The notes beneath the pieces are model-generated. The model did not search any database and was not told where the DNA came from. It saw only the letters and a program-made list of their open reading frames with translations. A stretch of DNA of 61,203 nt, filler included, from a candidate division TA06 bacterium SM23_40 (GTDB taxonomy: Bacteria > LJUI01 > SM1-40), in the NCBI GenBank assembly GCA_001303705.1. It is 6 parts of 6 records of this genome, joined end to end, with 100 filler letters (N's around TTAATTAATTAA, not from the genome) between each part and the next. Parts side by side here need not be neighbours in the genome. Positions count along the whole stretch, not along the records: positions 7,945 to 31,207 come from LJUI01000024.1; positions 31,308 to 38,455 come from LJUI01000134.1; positions 38,556 to 45,573 come from LJUI01000135.1; 3 more parts are not named here. The stretch is one strand, 5' to 3'. Position 1 is the stretch's first letter, and the number at the start of each line of letters is the position of its first letter. The position numbers and the translations under genes were made by a program. Positions 28,794 to 38,821 of the stretch are shown here, piece by piece.

Positions 28794-30593
28794 CTACGCT
28801 ATCTCCCCGGACTTGAACTGGAGGTCGAAGAGCGCCCGGTAAATACCGTTCCGCTCGTACAATTCCTCGTGGTCCCCCTCCTCCACGAGCTTGCCCCTGT
28901 GAAGCACGAGAATGCGATCGGCAGAGACGATAGTCGCGAGTCTGTGCGCCACCACGATAGAGGTCCTCCCCTCGAACAGGCGGGCGAGGGCCGCCTGTAT
29001 CTCACGCTCGGTCGCCGGATCGACCGATGCGGTCGCCTCGTCGAGCACGAGGATATCCGGGTCGCGGACCACGGCACGCCCGAAAGAGATGAGCTGCCGC
29101 TCGCCCATCGAGAGGTTGGCACCACCCTCGGCTAGCTCAGTCTCATATCCCTCGGACAATCGCTCGATCACCTTCTCGGCCTGTACGGTCCTCACGGCCT
29201 GCTCCACCGCCTCAGGTGAGATGTCGTCGGCGAGGGCTCGGAGGTTCTCACCCACGCTCCCGGGGAAAAGATGTATGTCCTGTAAAACGAGACCGATCTT
29301 CTCCCGCCACGCTCTCTGCCGATACCCTTTGATATCCACCCCGTCGAGCGTGATCTTGCCCTCGGTCGGCTCGTAGTAGCGAAGGAGAAGATTGGTGACC
29401 GTAGTCTTCCCGCCTCCGGACTCCCCTGCCAGGGCGATACGCTCCCCCCGATTCACGACGAACGAGAGCCCATCGAGCGCCTTCTGTCCGCCATCGTATG
29501 AGAAACTGACGTTCTCGAATGCGAGCTGCTGCCAATCATCGGGAACCGTCTCGCGGGCACCGGGGTAGTCAGGGGTCTTCGAGGGAGTATCGAGAACCGC
29601 GAAGACACGGTCCGCAGAGGCCAGGGCTCGCTGGATGAAACTCACCTGCTCAGAGAACATGACGATCGGGAAGAAGAGCCGCCTCGTGTACTCGAGAAAG
29701 AGGACAAGTGTCCCCACGGTCATTCCAGTCCCGAACACCTGCCGCGATCCGACCCAGATGATCACCATCACTGCCGCCACTTCGAGCGTCCAGAGAACGC
29801 TCCACAGACCGTATTCGAAGAACATCGCCCCTGTCTGGACGCGGTACTTGTCGAGGTTCCGACGCCGGAGCTTCAGTCTCGCCTGCTCGATGTGCCCGTA
29901 TACCTGGAGGATCGGTATGCCCTGCACATACTCGGTGAGGAAGGTCGAGATCCGGGCGTAGAGCTTCCGAATACGTCGATAGATACCGCGCAGGTACGTC
30001 AGGAAGTAGAAGGTCCCCAGGCAGAGCGGAACGCCCATCGCCAACACCGATGCCGTCACGCGCGCATCAGCGATGAGCATGACGACGAGCACTCCAACGA
30101 GAAGCACGAGGCTCCGAAAAAGCCCGATGGCAACCTCGGAAAAGAGCATCTGGAGGCGCTCTGCATCAGACTCGACCCGGGCCATGAGCCTACCCGGCGG
30201 GTTCTTGTCGAAGTAGGCGAGGGAGAGCGTGAACAGGTGTTTGAACATCCTGTTCTTGAGCCGGGTGACGATCCGGAGGCCCATCCGCGTCGTGACGATC
30301 ACCTGGAGGTACCCGGCCCCCATACCCACGATGAAGATCAGGGCGTATGCGACAGCACTTCGCACGATGCCGGCCCTATCCCCGCCCGTGATGTCGTGGT
30401 CGATCAGATAGCGCAGAACGAGGGGACCACCGATCTCGGCCGCCACGGTCACGAGCAACAGCAGGATCCCGCATGCCAACGCCCCGAGGTGCGGCCTGAG
30501 GAGGGGCAGCATCCTGCCAAGCATCCTGGCGACGCTGAGGCGCCGGATTTCTCCTTCTTCTGTGTCCAGTATCTCTTCGTCCCAATACCACAT
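28794..30593 (-). CDS. ABC exporter, fused permease + ATPase (heterodimer partner)
   Basis: GESGGGKTT, LSMGERQL, LVLDEAT, AHRL. Start is ATG 30593 (alternative GTG 30626). Confidence 0.93.
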   Translation of the reverse strand: MWYWDEEILDTEEGEIRRLSVARMLGRMLPLLRPHLGALACGILLLLVTVAAEIGGPLVLRYLIDHDITGGDRAGIVRSAVAYALIFIVGMGAGYLQVIVTTRMGLRIVTRLKNRMFKHLFTLSLAYFDKNPPGRLMARVESDAERLQMLFSEVAIGLFRSLVLLVGVLVVMLIADARVTASVLAMGVPLCLGTFYFLTYLRGIYRRIRKLYARISTFLTEYVQGIPILQVYGHIEQARLKLRRRNLDKYRVQTGAMFFEYGLWSVLWTLEVAAVMVIIWVGSRQVFGTGMTVGTLVLFLEYTRRLFFPIVMFSEQVSFIQRALASADRVFAVLDTPSKTPDYPGARETVPDDWQQLAFENVSFSYDGGQKALDGLSFVVNRGERIALAGESGGGKTTVTNLLLRYYEPTEGKITLDGVDIKGYRQRAWREKIGLVLQDIHLFPGSVGENLRALADDISPEAVEQAVRTVQAEKVIERLSEGYETELAEGGANLSMGERQLISFGRAVVRDPDILVLDEATASVDPATEREIQAALARLFEGRTSIVVAHRLATIVSADRILVLHRGKLVEEGDHEELYERNGIYRALFDLQFKSGEIA

Positions 30594-31047
30594 AGATCCT
30601 ACCCGGTCGGTCGCGTTCTTCCTCACGGGCTACGAGATCCGGCCGGACCAGAAGGTCCAACGAAGACAGACCGCGACCCATGCCCATTCAGGAGAGATGA
30701 GGCCCCCTCAGAGGGGGGGGCCTCGCGACACAATGTGATAATCTCATTCCATTCTGATCTGCTGGGGCGGACTCCGATAGGAAAAAGACATCCGATATCG
30801 GCCATACCCTACCACGCCCCGGCCAGTTTGTCAAGCGCCAACATCCATCAGATCCATCAGTTGGGATCTATCAGTCGATCTATCAGTCTGGGATCTGTCA
30901 TGCCACCTACTTCATGTCCTTGCTTGTGATCTGGAGGGCATTCGGTTCCTGCTGGCCTCCCTGTCTGCCCTCTCTTCTATGCCCGCTGGGTCCTCGATGT
31001 TCGTTATCTCCGCCGGGTCCTCGATGTCCGCTATCTCCGCTATCTCC

Positions 31048-31206
31048 TCATCTGCCATCGATGACCCGGAAGCCGATGCCCGCGGCATCATACACTTCCT
31101 CGAGGTTGCAGTCGGTCAGACCCATTCTCAGAAGATAGACCGAAGGCGGTGTGCCGGCAGGTACGGTAACAGATCCGTGTCGTTCGATCGTCGACTCGGC
31201 AGGGAT
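31048..31206 (-). CDS. 3' end of a gene terminating in a diverged copy of the shared C-terminal domain (absent from the ORF track)
   Basis: Manual translation IPAESTIERHGSVTVPAGTPPSVYLLRMGLTDCNLEEVYDAAGIGFRVIDGR*, open to the contig edge. Confidence 0.7.
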   Translation of the reverse strand: MPAESTIERHGSVTVPAGTPPSVYLLRMGLTDCNLEEVYDAAGIGFRVIDGR

Positions 31207-31207
31207 G

Positions 31208-31307
31208 NNNNNNNNNNNNNNNNNNNNNNNNNNNNNNNNNNNNNNNNNNNNTTAATTAATTAANNNNNNNNNNNNNNNNNNNNNNNNNNNNNNNNNNNNN
31301 NNNNNNN
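31208..31307. other. Artificial contig linker
   Basis: N-TTAATTAATTAA-N. Confidence 0.98.
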
Positions 31308-31606
31308 TCGAAGCGACCTGCACATCACGAAATGCCGCTAGCGAACTCCGAAGGAGCCCCATCCGCCGCCCCCTCGACCCCCCGTCGTTCAGGCGATCAC
31401 GAAGTAGCCAACGAGCGCCCCGAGCCCACGCGAAGCGGACGCCCCGCGTCCTCCGCCCCCACCCAACAAACTGAGCATATCACAAAAGATCGACATCGAA
31501 GCGACCTGCACATCACGAAATGCCGCTAGCGAACTCCGAAGGAGCCCCATCCGCCGCCCCTTCGACCCCCGTCCTTCAAGCGATCACGCACTAGCCAACG
31601 AACGCC
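31308..31606. repeat. Direct repeat with 188-bp period at the contig edge
   Basis: TCGAAGCGACCTGCACATCACGAAATGCCGCTAGCGAACTCCGAAGGAGCCCCATCCGCCGCCCC starts at both 31308 and 31496. Similarity extends ~110 bp. Confidence 0.9.
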
Positions 31607-31742
31607 GCCGGCCTACATAGATCCGACGAACACCGGCACCCCACCTCGAGGTGGCCGCAACTCCTATCGGCGCACACCGGCGCTCCCGCCAGCTGACAGG
31701 GAACTCACACCACGGCAACCGGACGACCAGCGGCGGAGGAGC

Positions 31743-34700
31743 TCAACTCACCAACCCATCGATCTTCGCACAAACCTGCACATCTGTCGTATGCTTCAGC
31801 TCGATCGCCTTCGCCGGACACTCACCCGAACACGTCCCACACCCCTGGCAGGCGGCGATCTCGATCACCGCCACACCGTCAACGATCCTCGGCACATCAT
31901 ACGGACACACGCGCAGACAGGTGAGACAGGCGGCACATCGATCCTCATCGACGACCGCGACCGCGCCCCCAACCGACAGCATATCGAGAGAGAGGATGCG
32001 CGACGCCCGCGAGGCAGCGGCACTCGCCTGGGCAAGAGCCTCAGATAGATATTTCGGATAGTGAGCGAGCCCGCAGAGGAACATCCCCTCGGAGGCGAAA
32101 TCGACCGGGCGGAGCTTCATATGCGCCTCGAGGAAGAAGCCGTCCGGGTTGAGAGAGACTTTCAACAGCTGCGCCAGCGCCTCATTCCGCGTATCGGGCA
32201 CGATGGCCGAAGAGAGAACAACCAGGTCCGGCTCGATCGTCACATCTGCCCCCAGCATCATCTCCTTCATCCTGACGACGAGCTTACCATTCTCACTCAC
32301 CTGGGGCTCGTCATCGTCCGCATATCGGAGAAAGATGACCCCCTTCTCCCGCGCTTCCCGATAGAACTTCTCCCGGAACCCGTACGACCTCATCTCGCGG
32401 TACAGAACATAGACAGCAATCTCCGGATTGAGCTCCTTCAGCTTGAGGGCGTTCTTGATCGCCTCTCCGCAGCAGATGCGGCTGCAATAGGGGCGTTCCT
32501 CATTACGCGAGCCCACACACTGGATCATCACCACTTCGCGCAGCCCTGATGGATCGAGACTGCCGTCTACGAGCTGCATCTCGAGCTCCTGTTGGGTGAG
32601 AACCCGCTCTGAAGTATCATGGAGGAAATGGCCGTCCCGCAGCTCCTGCCCTCCGGTGGCGACGATGATGACACCGCACTTCACCTCCTCCGGGCCCCCT
32701 GCCGGCTCACCTCCATTGCCTCCCTCTCCCCTCGGCCCGATCGTCACCGTGAAGTTCCCGACGAACCCGGTGAATCCCGTCACTTCCGAGCCCCGGTGGA
32801 CTGTGATCCTTTCTTCGGCCTCGACCTGGCCGCGAAGTGACCCGAGGAATGCCTGGGGATCTCCGCCATCCAGCAAGTAATGGAGATGCCGGAGATTCCC
32901 TCCCAGCTCATCCTCGCGCTCCACGAGATGCACGGGAAATCCCTGGCGGGCGAGATCGAGCGCGCTCACCATCCCCGCTGGGCCGCCGCCGATGACGAGC
33001 GCGGTCTTAGTCAACGGGATATCCTGCTTATACAGCGGCTCTAGATAGTGGGCCCGCGCCACCGCCATCCTGACGAGATCGCGCGCCTTCCCCGTCGCTC
33101 GCTCGTGCTCGTGAGGATGAACCCAGGAACACTGGTCGCGGATATTCGCCATCTCGAAGAAGTATGGATTGAGCCCCGCCTCCCGGATCGTATCCTGGAA
33201 CAGGGGCTCGTGCGTGCGCGGCGTACACGAGGCGACGATGACGCGATTCAGCTGGTGCTCTTCGATCGTCTGCTTGATGTGTTCGAGAGCATCCTGCGAA
33301 CAACTGTACAGATTGTGCTCGGCATGAGCTACGTCCGGGAGGGTGGCCGCCTCCTCGACAACCGCGGGGACATCAACCACACTACCGATGTTGCGACCAC
33401 AGTGGCAGATGAAGACGCCGATCCGCAGACCCTCCTTCGACACGTCCTTCTCCGGCGGATAGACCTTGGGCTCCACGCACGTGTTCCGCGCCGAGGCGAG
33501 AAGCCCCCCGACACGAGATGCGACACCGGATGCCTCGACGACCGTCTCCGGGATGTCCTTCGGCTCCACGAACGGACCGCAGACGTAGATGCCATCGCGA
33601 GTCGTGCTCAATGGATCGAAGGGATCGGTCCAGCAGAATCCGTGCTCGTTCAGACGCACCGACAGACGATCGGCCAGATCCTTGATATCGTCGCCGGGCA
33701 CCAACCCCCCGGACAGCACAACCATATTGAAGATGTCTGTGACGATCTCGCCCTGCTCGTTCTGGTAGCGAATCATCAGGTCCTTCGTCCCCGGCACCTC
33801 TTTTATCGAGGATGGGCGACACCGCGTATAGACGACACCGAGCTCCTTCGCCCGCTCGTAGTAGGCATCGAATCCCTTGCCGAATGCACGCAGGTCGATG
33901 AAGAATATCTGGCACGAAACATCTGGCTCATGCTCCATGGCGATGATCGCCTGTTTGGTCGCATACATGCAGCAGACCGACGAACAGTAATTGTGATCCG
34001 CCTCCCGTGAACCGACACACTGGATCCATGCGATCCGCTTCGGCAGCTCGCCATCTGACGGCCGGATGATCTTCCCCTGATAGGGCCCGCTTGCGCTGAG
34101 AATGCGCTCGAACTCGAGGCTGGAGACGACGTTTGCGTATCGCTTATGCCCGAACTCCCCGAGGGTATCGACATCGAACAGCTCGAACCCGGGAGCGAGG
34201 ATGACCGCACCTACGTCGAGCGTCTCCACCTTTTCCTCGTCCATGTCGTGAACGATCGCATTGGCCTCACAGGCGATTTCACACAGGCGGCAGTCCGAGC
34301 AGACCGCACAAGCAAGACAACGCGCTGCCTCGCGCCGCGCCTGCTCCTCGGTGAATGCCTGCTCGATCTCGCGGAAGTTGTCGATCCGTTCCGGCACCGG
34401 GAGCCTGGCAGGTTGCTCACGCGGGATCGACGGCGTCTGTTCTGTGATCCTCGCCTCTGCTGTCGGAACCTCACGCTTGGGAACCTCGATCTCTTCTCCC
34501 TGGAGGAAGCGGTCAATAGAGATCGCAGCGCGGTGCCCATCGGCGATCGCCTCGATGGCTGACGCCGGCCCCCGGACTGCATCGCCTCCTGCGAAGACAT
34601 CGGGAAGATTAGTCCTCTGGGTACCGGGATCGGCCTCGATGAGTCCCCGCCTGGTGACGGCGAGCCCTTCCTGCTCTACGAACGAGAGATCGCATGCCTG

Positions 34701-36257
34701 GCCTATGGCGACGATGACCGTGTCGCCGTAGATCTGCGCCTCGGTGTTCGGTTCGAGTGTCGGATTGAACCGGCCCTCCTCATCGAAGACCGAGCTGCAG
34801 ACCAGCGTCTCTATTCCTGTCACCTTCCCGTCCTCGCCCAACAGACGTTTGATGCCCAGGGATGGGTGGATCGTGAACTCCTCTTCGAGTGCCTCGTCGA
34901 CCTCCCACTCGTGGGCGGGCATCTCCTCGCGCGACTCGAGACAGATGATGTGGATATCCTCGCCGCCAACGCGTCGCGCGGTCTTGGCAACATCGATGGC
35001 GACATTACCGCCGCCTATCACGAGCACTTTCTTTCCAACCTTGACTGGTTTCCCGAGGCTGACATCGCGCAGGAAGGGAATACCGGGAAGGGCATCCTCG
35101 AGATCTTCGCCTTCAACGCGGAGCTGGCGGCTGAGATGTGCGCCGACGGCCACGAAGAAGGCACCATATCCCTGATCACGGAGATCGCCGAGAGTGAAGT
35201 CCGTACCCAGTCGCTTGCCCGATTTGATCTCTACACCGAGGCTCTCGATCAGGCCAACTTCAAGGTCGAGAACGTCCTTCGGCAAGCGATAGTCGGGGAG
35301 GCCTACTCTCAGCATCCCCCCGGGCTTCGGGAGCGCATCAAATACCGTTGTGCGATATCCGAGGCGGGCCAGGTAATTGGCGCAGGAGAGGCCGGCCGGG
35401 CCGGCGCCGATGATGGCGATGGACTTCTCCTGGGTCTTCTCAAGCGGCTCGGGGGGCTTGAAGTCCGGCGAGGCGTACACCGCATCGGTGAGGAAACGGC
35501 GGAGCTGCCGTATGGCTACCGGCTCGTCACATTCGCCGCGGCCGCACTCTTCCTCGCAGGGATGGTGGCAGATGCGTGCGGTGACGCCGGGAAGAGGGTT
35601 GGCCCGGTAGATCACCTGGAGGGCTTCCTCATATCGCCCTTCCGCGATGAGCGCGACATAACCCTGGACGCTCGTCTCGGCGGGGCAGTTGATCTTGCAC
35701 CTGGCATACCCGAGCTTATCTATGGAATATGCGTTGGGCACCGCCTGAGGATATCGGCGAAAGATGGCCTTGCGCCCGGTCAGACCGAGCTCGAACTCCG
35801 CCGGCACTTCGATCGGACATACCTTCTCGCACTCACCGCAGCCCGTGCACTGACGCAGATCGATGAACCGCGCGTAGCGACGGATCGTTGCCGCAAGACG
35901 CCCGGGCTCCCCCTCTACCCGCTCCAACTGTGCGTTAGTAATGACTTCAATGTTCGGATGCCTTCCCGTGCCCGATAGCCGGGGTGAGATCGTGCACATG
36001 GCACAGTCGTTCGTGGGGAAGGTCTTGTCCAGCTGCGCCATCTTCCCGCCGATACAGGGCTCCTTCTCCACGAGATAGACTTTGAATCCGGACTCGGCGA
36101 GATCGAGTGCGGCCTGCATCCCCCCGATGCCGCCACCCACAACCATCACCGCGCCGATCGTGCCGCCGTTACCGCCGGCGCCCGCCGTCGGATCGCCACC
36201 GTTCCCGCCAGACCCGTTGCCCCCCTCATGCTCCTTGCTGTGTGGATCTCCTATCAT
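31743..36257 (-). CDS. hdrA: HdrL-type multidomain heterodisulfide reductase A-like flavoprotein with inserted GltD-like NAD(P)H module
   Basis: VVGGGIGG, LDKTFPTNDCAMC, two QCVGSR..YCS..CC motifs, GVFICHCG, ASCTPRTHE, ANIRDQCSWVH, GltD-like ICHHPCEEEC / IIGAGPAG / IGGGNVA, ferredoxin motifs. Confidence 0.93.
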   Translation of the reverse strand: MIGDPHSKEHEGGNGSGGNGGDPTAGAGGNGGTIGAVMVVGGGIGGMQAALDLAESGFKVYLVEKEPCIGGKMAQLDKTFPTNDCAMCTISPRLSGTGRHPNIEVITNAQLERVEGEPGRLAATIRRYARFIDLRQCTGCGECEKVCPIEVPAEFELGLTGRKAIFRRYPQAVPNAYSIDKLGYARCKINCPAETSVQGYVALIAEGRYEEALQVIYRANPLPGVTARICHHPCEEECGRGECDEPVAIRQLRRFLTDAVYASPDFKPPEPLEKTQEKSIAIIGAGPAGLSCANYLARLGYRTTVFDALPKPGGMLRVGLPDYRLPKDVLDLEVGLIESLGVEIKSGKRLGTDFTLGDLRDQGYGAFFVAVGAHLSRQLRVEGEDLEDALPGIPFLRDVSLGKPVKVGKKVLVIGGGNVAIDVAKTARRVGGEDIHIICLESREEMPAHEWEVDEALEEEFTIHPSLGIKRLLGEDGKVTGIETLVCSSVFDEEGRFNPTLEPNTEAQIYGDTVIVAIGQACDLSFVEQEGLAVTRRGLIEADPGTQRTNLPDVFAGGDAVRGPASAIEAIADGHRAAISIDRFLQGEEIEVPKREVPTAEARITEQTPSIPREQPARLPVPERIDNFREIEQAFTEEQARREAARCLACAVCSDCRLCEIACEANAIVHDMDEEKVETLDVGAVILAPGFELFDVDTLGEFGHKRYANVVSSLEFERILSASGPYQGKIIRPSDGELPKRIAWIQCVGSREADHNYCSSVCCMYATKQAIIAMEHEPDVSCQIFFIDLRAFGKGFDAYYERAKELGVVYTRCRPSSIKEVPGTKDLMIRYQNEQGEIVTDIFNMVVLSGGLVPGDDIKDLADRLSVRLNEHGFCWTDPFDPLSTTRDGIYVCGPFVEPKDIPETVVEASGVASRVGGLLASARNTCVEPKVYPPEKDVSKEGLRIGVFICHCGRNIGSVVDVPAVVEEAATLPDVAHAEHNLYSCSQDALEHIKQTIEEHQLNRVIVASCTPRTHEPLFQDTIREAGLNPYFFEMANIRDQCSWVHPHEHERATGKARDLVRMAVARAHYLEPLYKQDIPLTKTALVIGGGPAGMVSALDLARQGFPVHLVEREDELGGNLRHLHYLLDGGDPQAFLGSLRGQVEAEERITVHRGSEVTGFTGFVGNFTVTIGPRGEGGNGGEPAGGPEEVKCGVIIVATGGQELRDGHFLHDTSERVLTQQELEMQLVDGSLDPSGLREVVMIQCVGSRNEERPYCSRICCGEAIKNALKLKELNPEIAVYVLYREMRSYGFREKFYREAREKGVIFLRYADDDEPQVSENGKLVVRMKEMMLGADVTIEPDLVVLSSAIVPDTRNEALAQLLKVSLNPDGFFLEAHMKLRPVDFASEGMFLCGLAHYPKYLSEALAQASAAASRASRILSLDMLSVGGAVAVVDEDRCAACLTCLRVCPYDVPRIVDGVAVIEIAACQGCGTCSGECPAKAIELKHTTDVQVCAKIDGLVS

Positions 36258-36354
36258 CTCCTACTCCCGGCTATCTTCGCTCTCGAGGCTTCTGAAGACG
36301 CCTCCAGATCACACGATGCTACAGCACCATCAGTGTTTCGTTGCCGACCGTAGA

Positions 36355-36910
36355 TCATCTCAGATGGATACCCTCTAAGTCACTGACAAGCTTGCGGAAT
36401 TCCTCATGCTTACCAATCCCGATCTTTTCATCCTCTACCCTCTCGAATTGCTTCAGTAGTTCTTCATGTCTCTCTACTGAAAGACGACCGTCTGCTATCG
36501 GGTTAAGGATGTTATCCTCCTCGTCAATCTGTTCAGTCAGTAGTGCAATGTGATTTTTTGCATTCTCAACGATTCTGACTGAAGCTCCACGATCCCCAGC
36601 CTCGTATGCGCCAATCGCCTCGCTCATCCCCTTGACGTAATCGCGTCCTATGTTGTGCTCGATAAGCATTACACCGATCGGCCACCTCACCTGGGCATCC
36701 CGCCCTCCTCCAACGCGCGGAAAAGGAGGTCCTCCTCCTTCCCGTGGTGACATCTATCCGCGAAGATCTCAATAAACTCGACCATTTGCTCAAGATGCTC
36801 CGGATTGGCCTCTTGTTGGGACTCGAACGTCTCGCAGACCTTCCCTAACACCCTTAGCATTAGCTTTGTCGCTTCATGTTCCTTTTTCAACTGCTCTGTT
36901 GGCCTTGTTC
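36355..36910 (-). pseudogene. Hemerythrin-domain protein pseudogene
   Basis: LKKEH...DRCHHGKEEDLLF in one frame and PIGVMLIEH...EEDNIL in another. TGA plus a 1-nt shift at ~36680-36690, no in-frame ATG at the expected start, and QIDEE where HIxKE is expected. Confidence 0.85.
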
Positions 36911-36987
36911 TGTTTCCCCCATTTCTACCGTACGGCGACTCCCCTACCTGAACCTACTTAGATGGTAGTCGCCATCCGACGGGCTCC

Positions 36988-38454
36988 CTACGCCGAGGGC
37001 GCCTCCACCACCTCCACCAGCTCACCCTTCAACGGCGAGACCCCCATCTCCGACAGCCTCGCCGCCATCTCATTCGCGATCTCGGCCAACTTCGGGCCCA
37101 TATTCGCCGCCAGATTGTGTATCTCGAGTCGATCCCCACGCACGCCTATCTGATCAAGCACCTCCTTCATGGCCGCGACGCGCTTGGACGCCCTCAGATT
37201 TCCGTGAAGGAACTTACAGTTGTCCTCATGGCAGGCGAAGACCAGAACGCCATCGGCGCCCTCCTCGAATGCACGAAGGATCAGACGAGTATCCACCTTC
37301 CCCGTGCAGGGAAGCCGTATGATCTCGAGTCCGGGAGGGAGAGCGAGCCTCATCGCTCCCGCCATGTCGAACGATTCATATCCGGAGTGCTCGCAGGCAA
37401 AGGCCACGATGCGAGGAGATGGCCAATCCGCATCGAACCGCGGATCCCAAGATAGGAGCGTATCGATCTGGTCATCGGTGAAGTTCCTCAACTGGATCGC
37501 TACAGCCGGGCACTCCGCAGCGCATATCCCGCACGCCTGACAGGCGAGCGGCGCGATCTCCGGCGCACGCGTGTACGTGATCGCCCAATGCGGGCAGTAG
37601 CGCTGGCAGGTGAGGCAGAGCGTGCATTTTCCTTTCGTCACCTCGGTGCGGTTGGTCGGTGCGGGCCGGCCGCCGCTGCCCAGCAGCTCTACGACCGAGG
37701 CCACGACACCTCGCGCCTCGGCCACAGCCTCATCCTCACTCTCGGGAACCCTCGAAGTGCCGACATTGAAGACTCCGACCCGGCGCGATGACGCGGGCAG
37801 AAGATAGACATTGTCCTCCTGCAGGAATCCGCCGGGCCCCATGTTGATGCGGAGCGATGATGCCAGGCTCTCGGTCTCGGGCCCCGGGTCGACTCTCTCC
37901 TCGAGCACAAGAAGGTCGGCCGGGATCCTGATCAAGGGCGGTTCCCGATCGGCCTGCCGCAGATAATCATCTATGACCTCGACCACCGGCGTGCCATTGT
38001 CCATGGACAGGCGCGGCGGCTCGTCGTCCGTGTAACGGAAGAAGATCACGCCCTCGTCGCGCAGCTCACCATATCGACGGGCAAGTCCTCTCCCGTGTAC
38101 CTCTACCTCATGCGAGATGATGTATACTTCGGCATTCTGTTCGCGGTGCAGGCGATGGGCGCTCGTCAGCGCAGACTCAAGGGCAAGCCTCGAATCCTGT
38201 CCCGCAAGCCCGAGGACGAAGCAGACGATACGCCGCTCCCCCTCCGATCCCTCCGACCACGGGAGCGAAGGTGCGCCCGGGGCCGCCGCGCCCGCGAGAG
38301 CCTCCTCCAGTTCGTACAGACCTACGACACGCCCACCATGCTCGACCCCATACTCCTCTCCTGCAAACCGTTTTTCGTCATCGGTTGCGACAACCACCGC
38401 ACCCACACATTCGTGCTTCACTCCGCGCTCATCTCTGATCCGGGCGTTGAAATT
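36988..38454 (-). CDS. Degenerate HdrA C-terminal region + 2x[4Fe-4S] + MvhD fusion (5' truncated)
   Basis: CTLCLTCQRYCP, CQACGICAAECP, MvhD motifs IVAFAC, LPCTGKV, GADGVLVFACHEDNC. Frame open to the contig edge. Confidence 0.88.
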   Translation of the reverse strand, partial: NFNARIRDERGVKHECVGAVVVATDDEKRFAGEEYGVEHGGRVVGLYELEEALAGAAAPGAPSLPWSEGSEGERRIVCFVLGLAGQDSRLALESALTSAHRLHREQNAEVYIISHEVEVHGRGLARRYGELRDEGVIFFRYTDDEPPRLSMDNGTPVVEVIDDYLRQADREPPLIRIPADLLVLEERVDPGPETESLASSLRINMGPGGFLQEDNVYLLPASSRRVGVFNVGTSRVPESEDEAVAEARGVVASVVELLGSGGRPAPTNRTEVTKGKCTLCLTCQRYCPHWAITYTRAPEIAPLACQACGICAAECPAVAIQLRNFTDDQIDTLLSWDPRFDADWPSPRIVAFACEHSGYESFDMAGAMRLALPPGLEIIRLPCTGKVDTRLILRAFEEGADGVLVFACHEDNCKFLHGNLRASKRVAAMKEVLDQIGVRGDRLEIHNLAANMGPKLAEIANEMAARLSEMGVSPLKGELVEVVEAPSA

Positions 38455-38455
38455 G

Positions 38456-38555
38456 NNNNNNNNNNNNNNNNNNNNNNNNNNNNNNNNNNNNNNNNNNNNT
38501 TAATTAATTAANNNNNNNNNNNNNNNNNNNNNNNNNNNNNNNNNNNNNNNNNNNN
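38456..38555. other. Artificial contig linker
   Basis: N-TTAATTAATTAA-N. Confidence 0.98.
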
Positions 38556-38821
38556 ATCGAAAGCACGGAAAAGGTGTGAAGATGAGTAGAAGTCATACCT
38601 CCCGGATTCTATTCCCGCACGACCACCGCGTCAACCCCAATCCCTCCCGGGGACGTTGGTAGGTTCAGAAGGTTACGGCCGGGGACGTGCTCGGGAGTTT
38701 TGGGTTGACGGGGGGAGGTGGTCGTAATAGGATATGTGGGCCTTTCTGTGCGCCCATCAGGTCGGCCTGCCTCCGGAGGTGTTCTCCGTTGGATGGTGTG
38801 TCTTCTCCTGCGATCAATCCG

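Noticed and set aside
36685-36692. Selenocysteine UGA in the hemerythrin gene
   Set aside because: The downstream homology is in a different frame, the position is not a Cys site, and other lesions indicate a pseudogene.
38556-38596. Possible gene start on the minus strand (GGAGGT-ATG, MTSTHLHTFSVLS)
   Set aside because: Only 13 codons before the contig edge, too little to assign.
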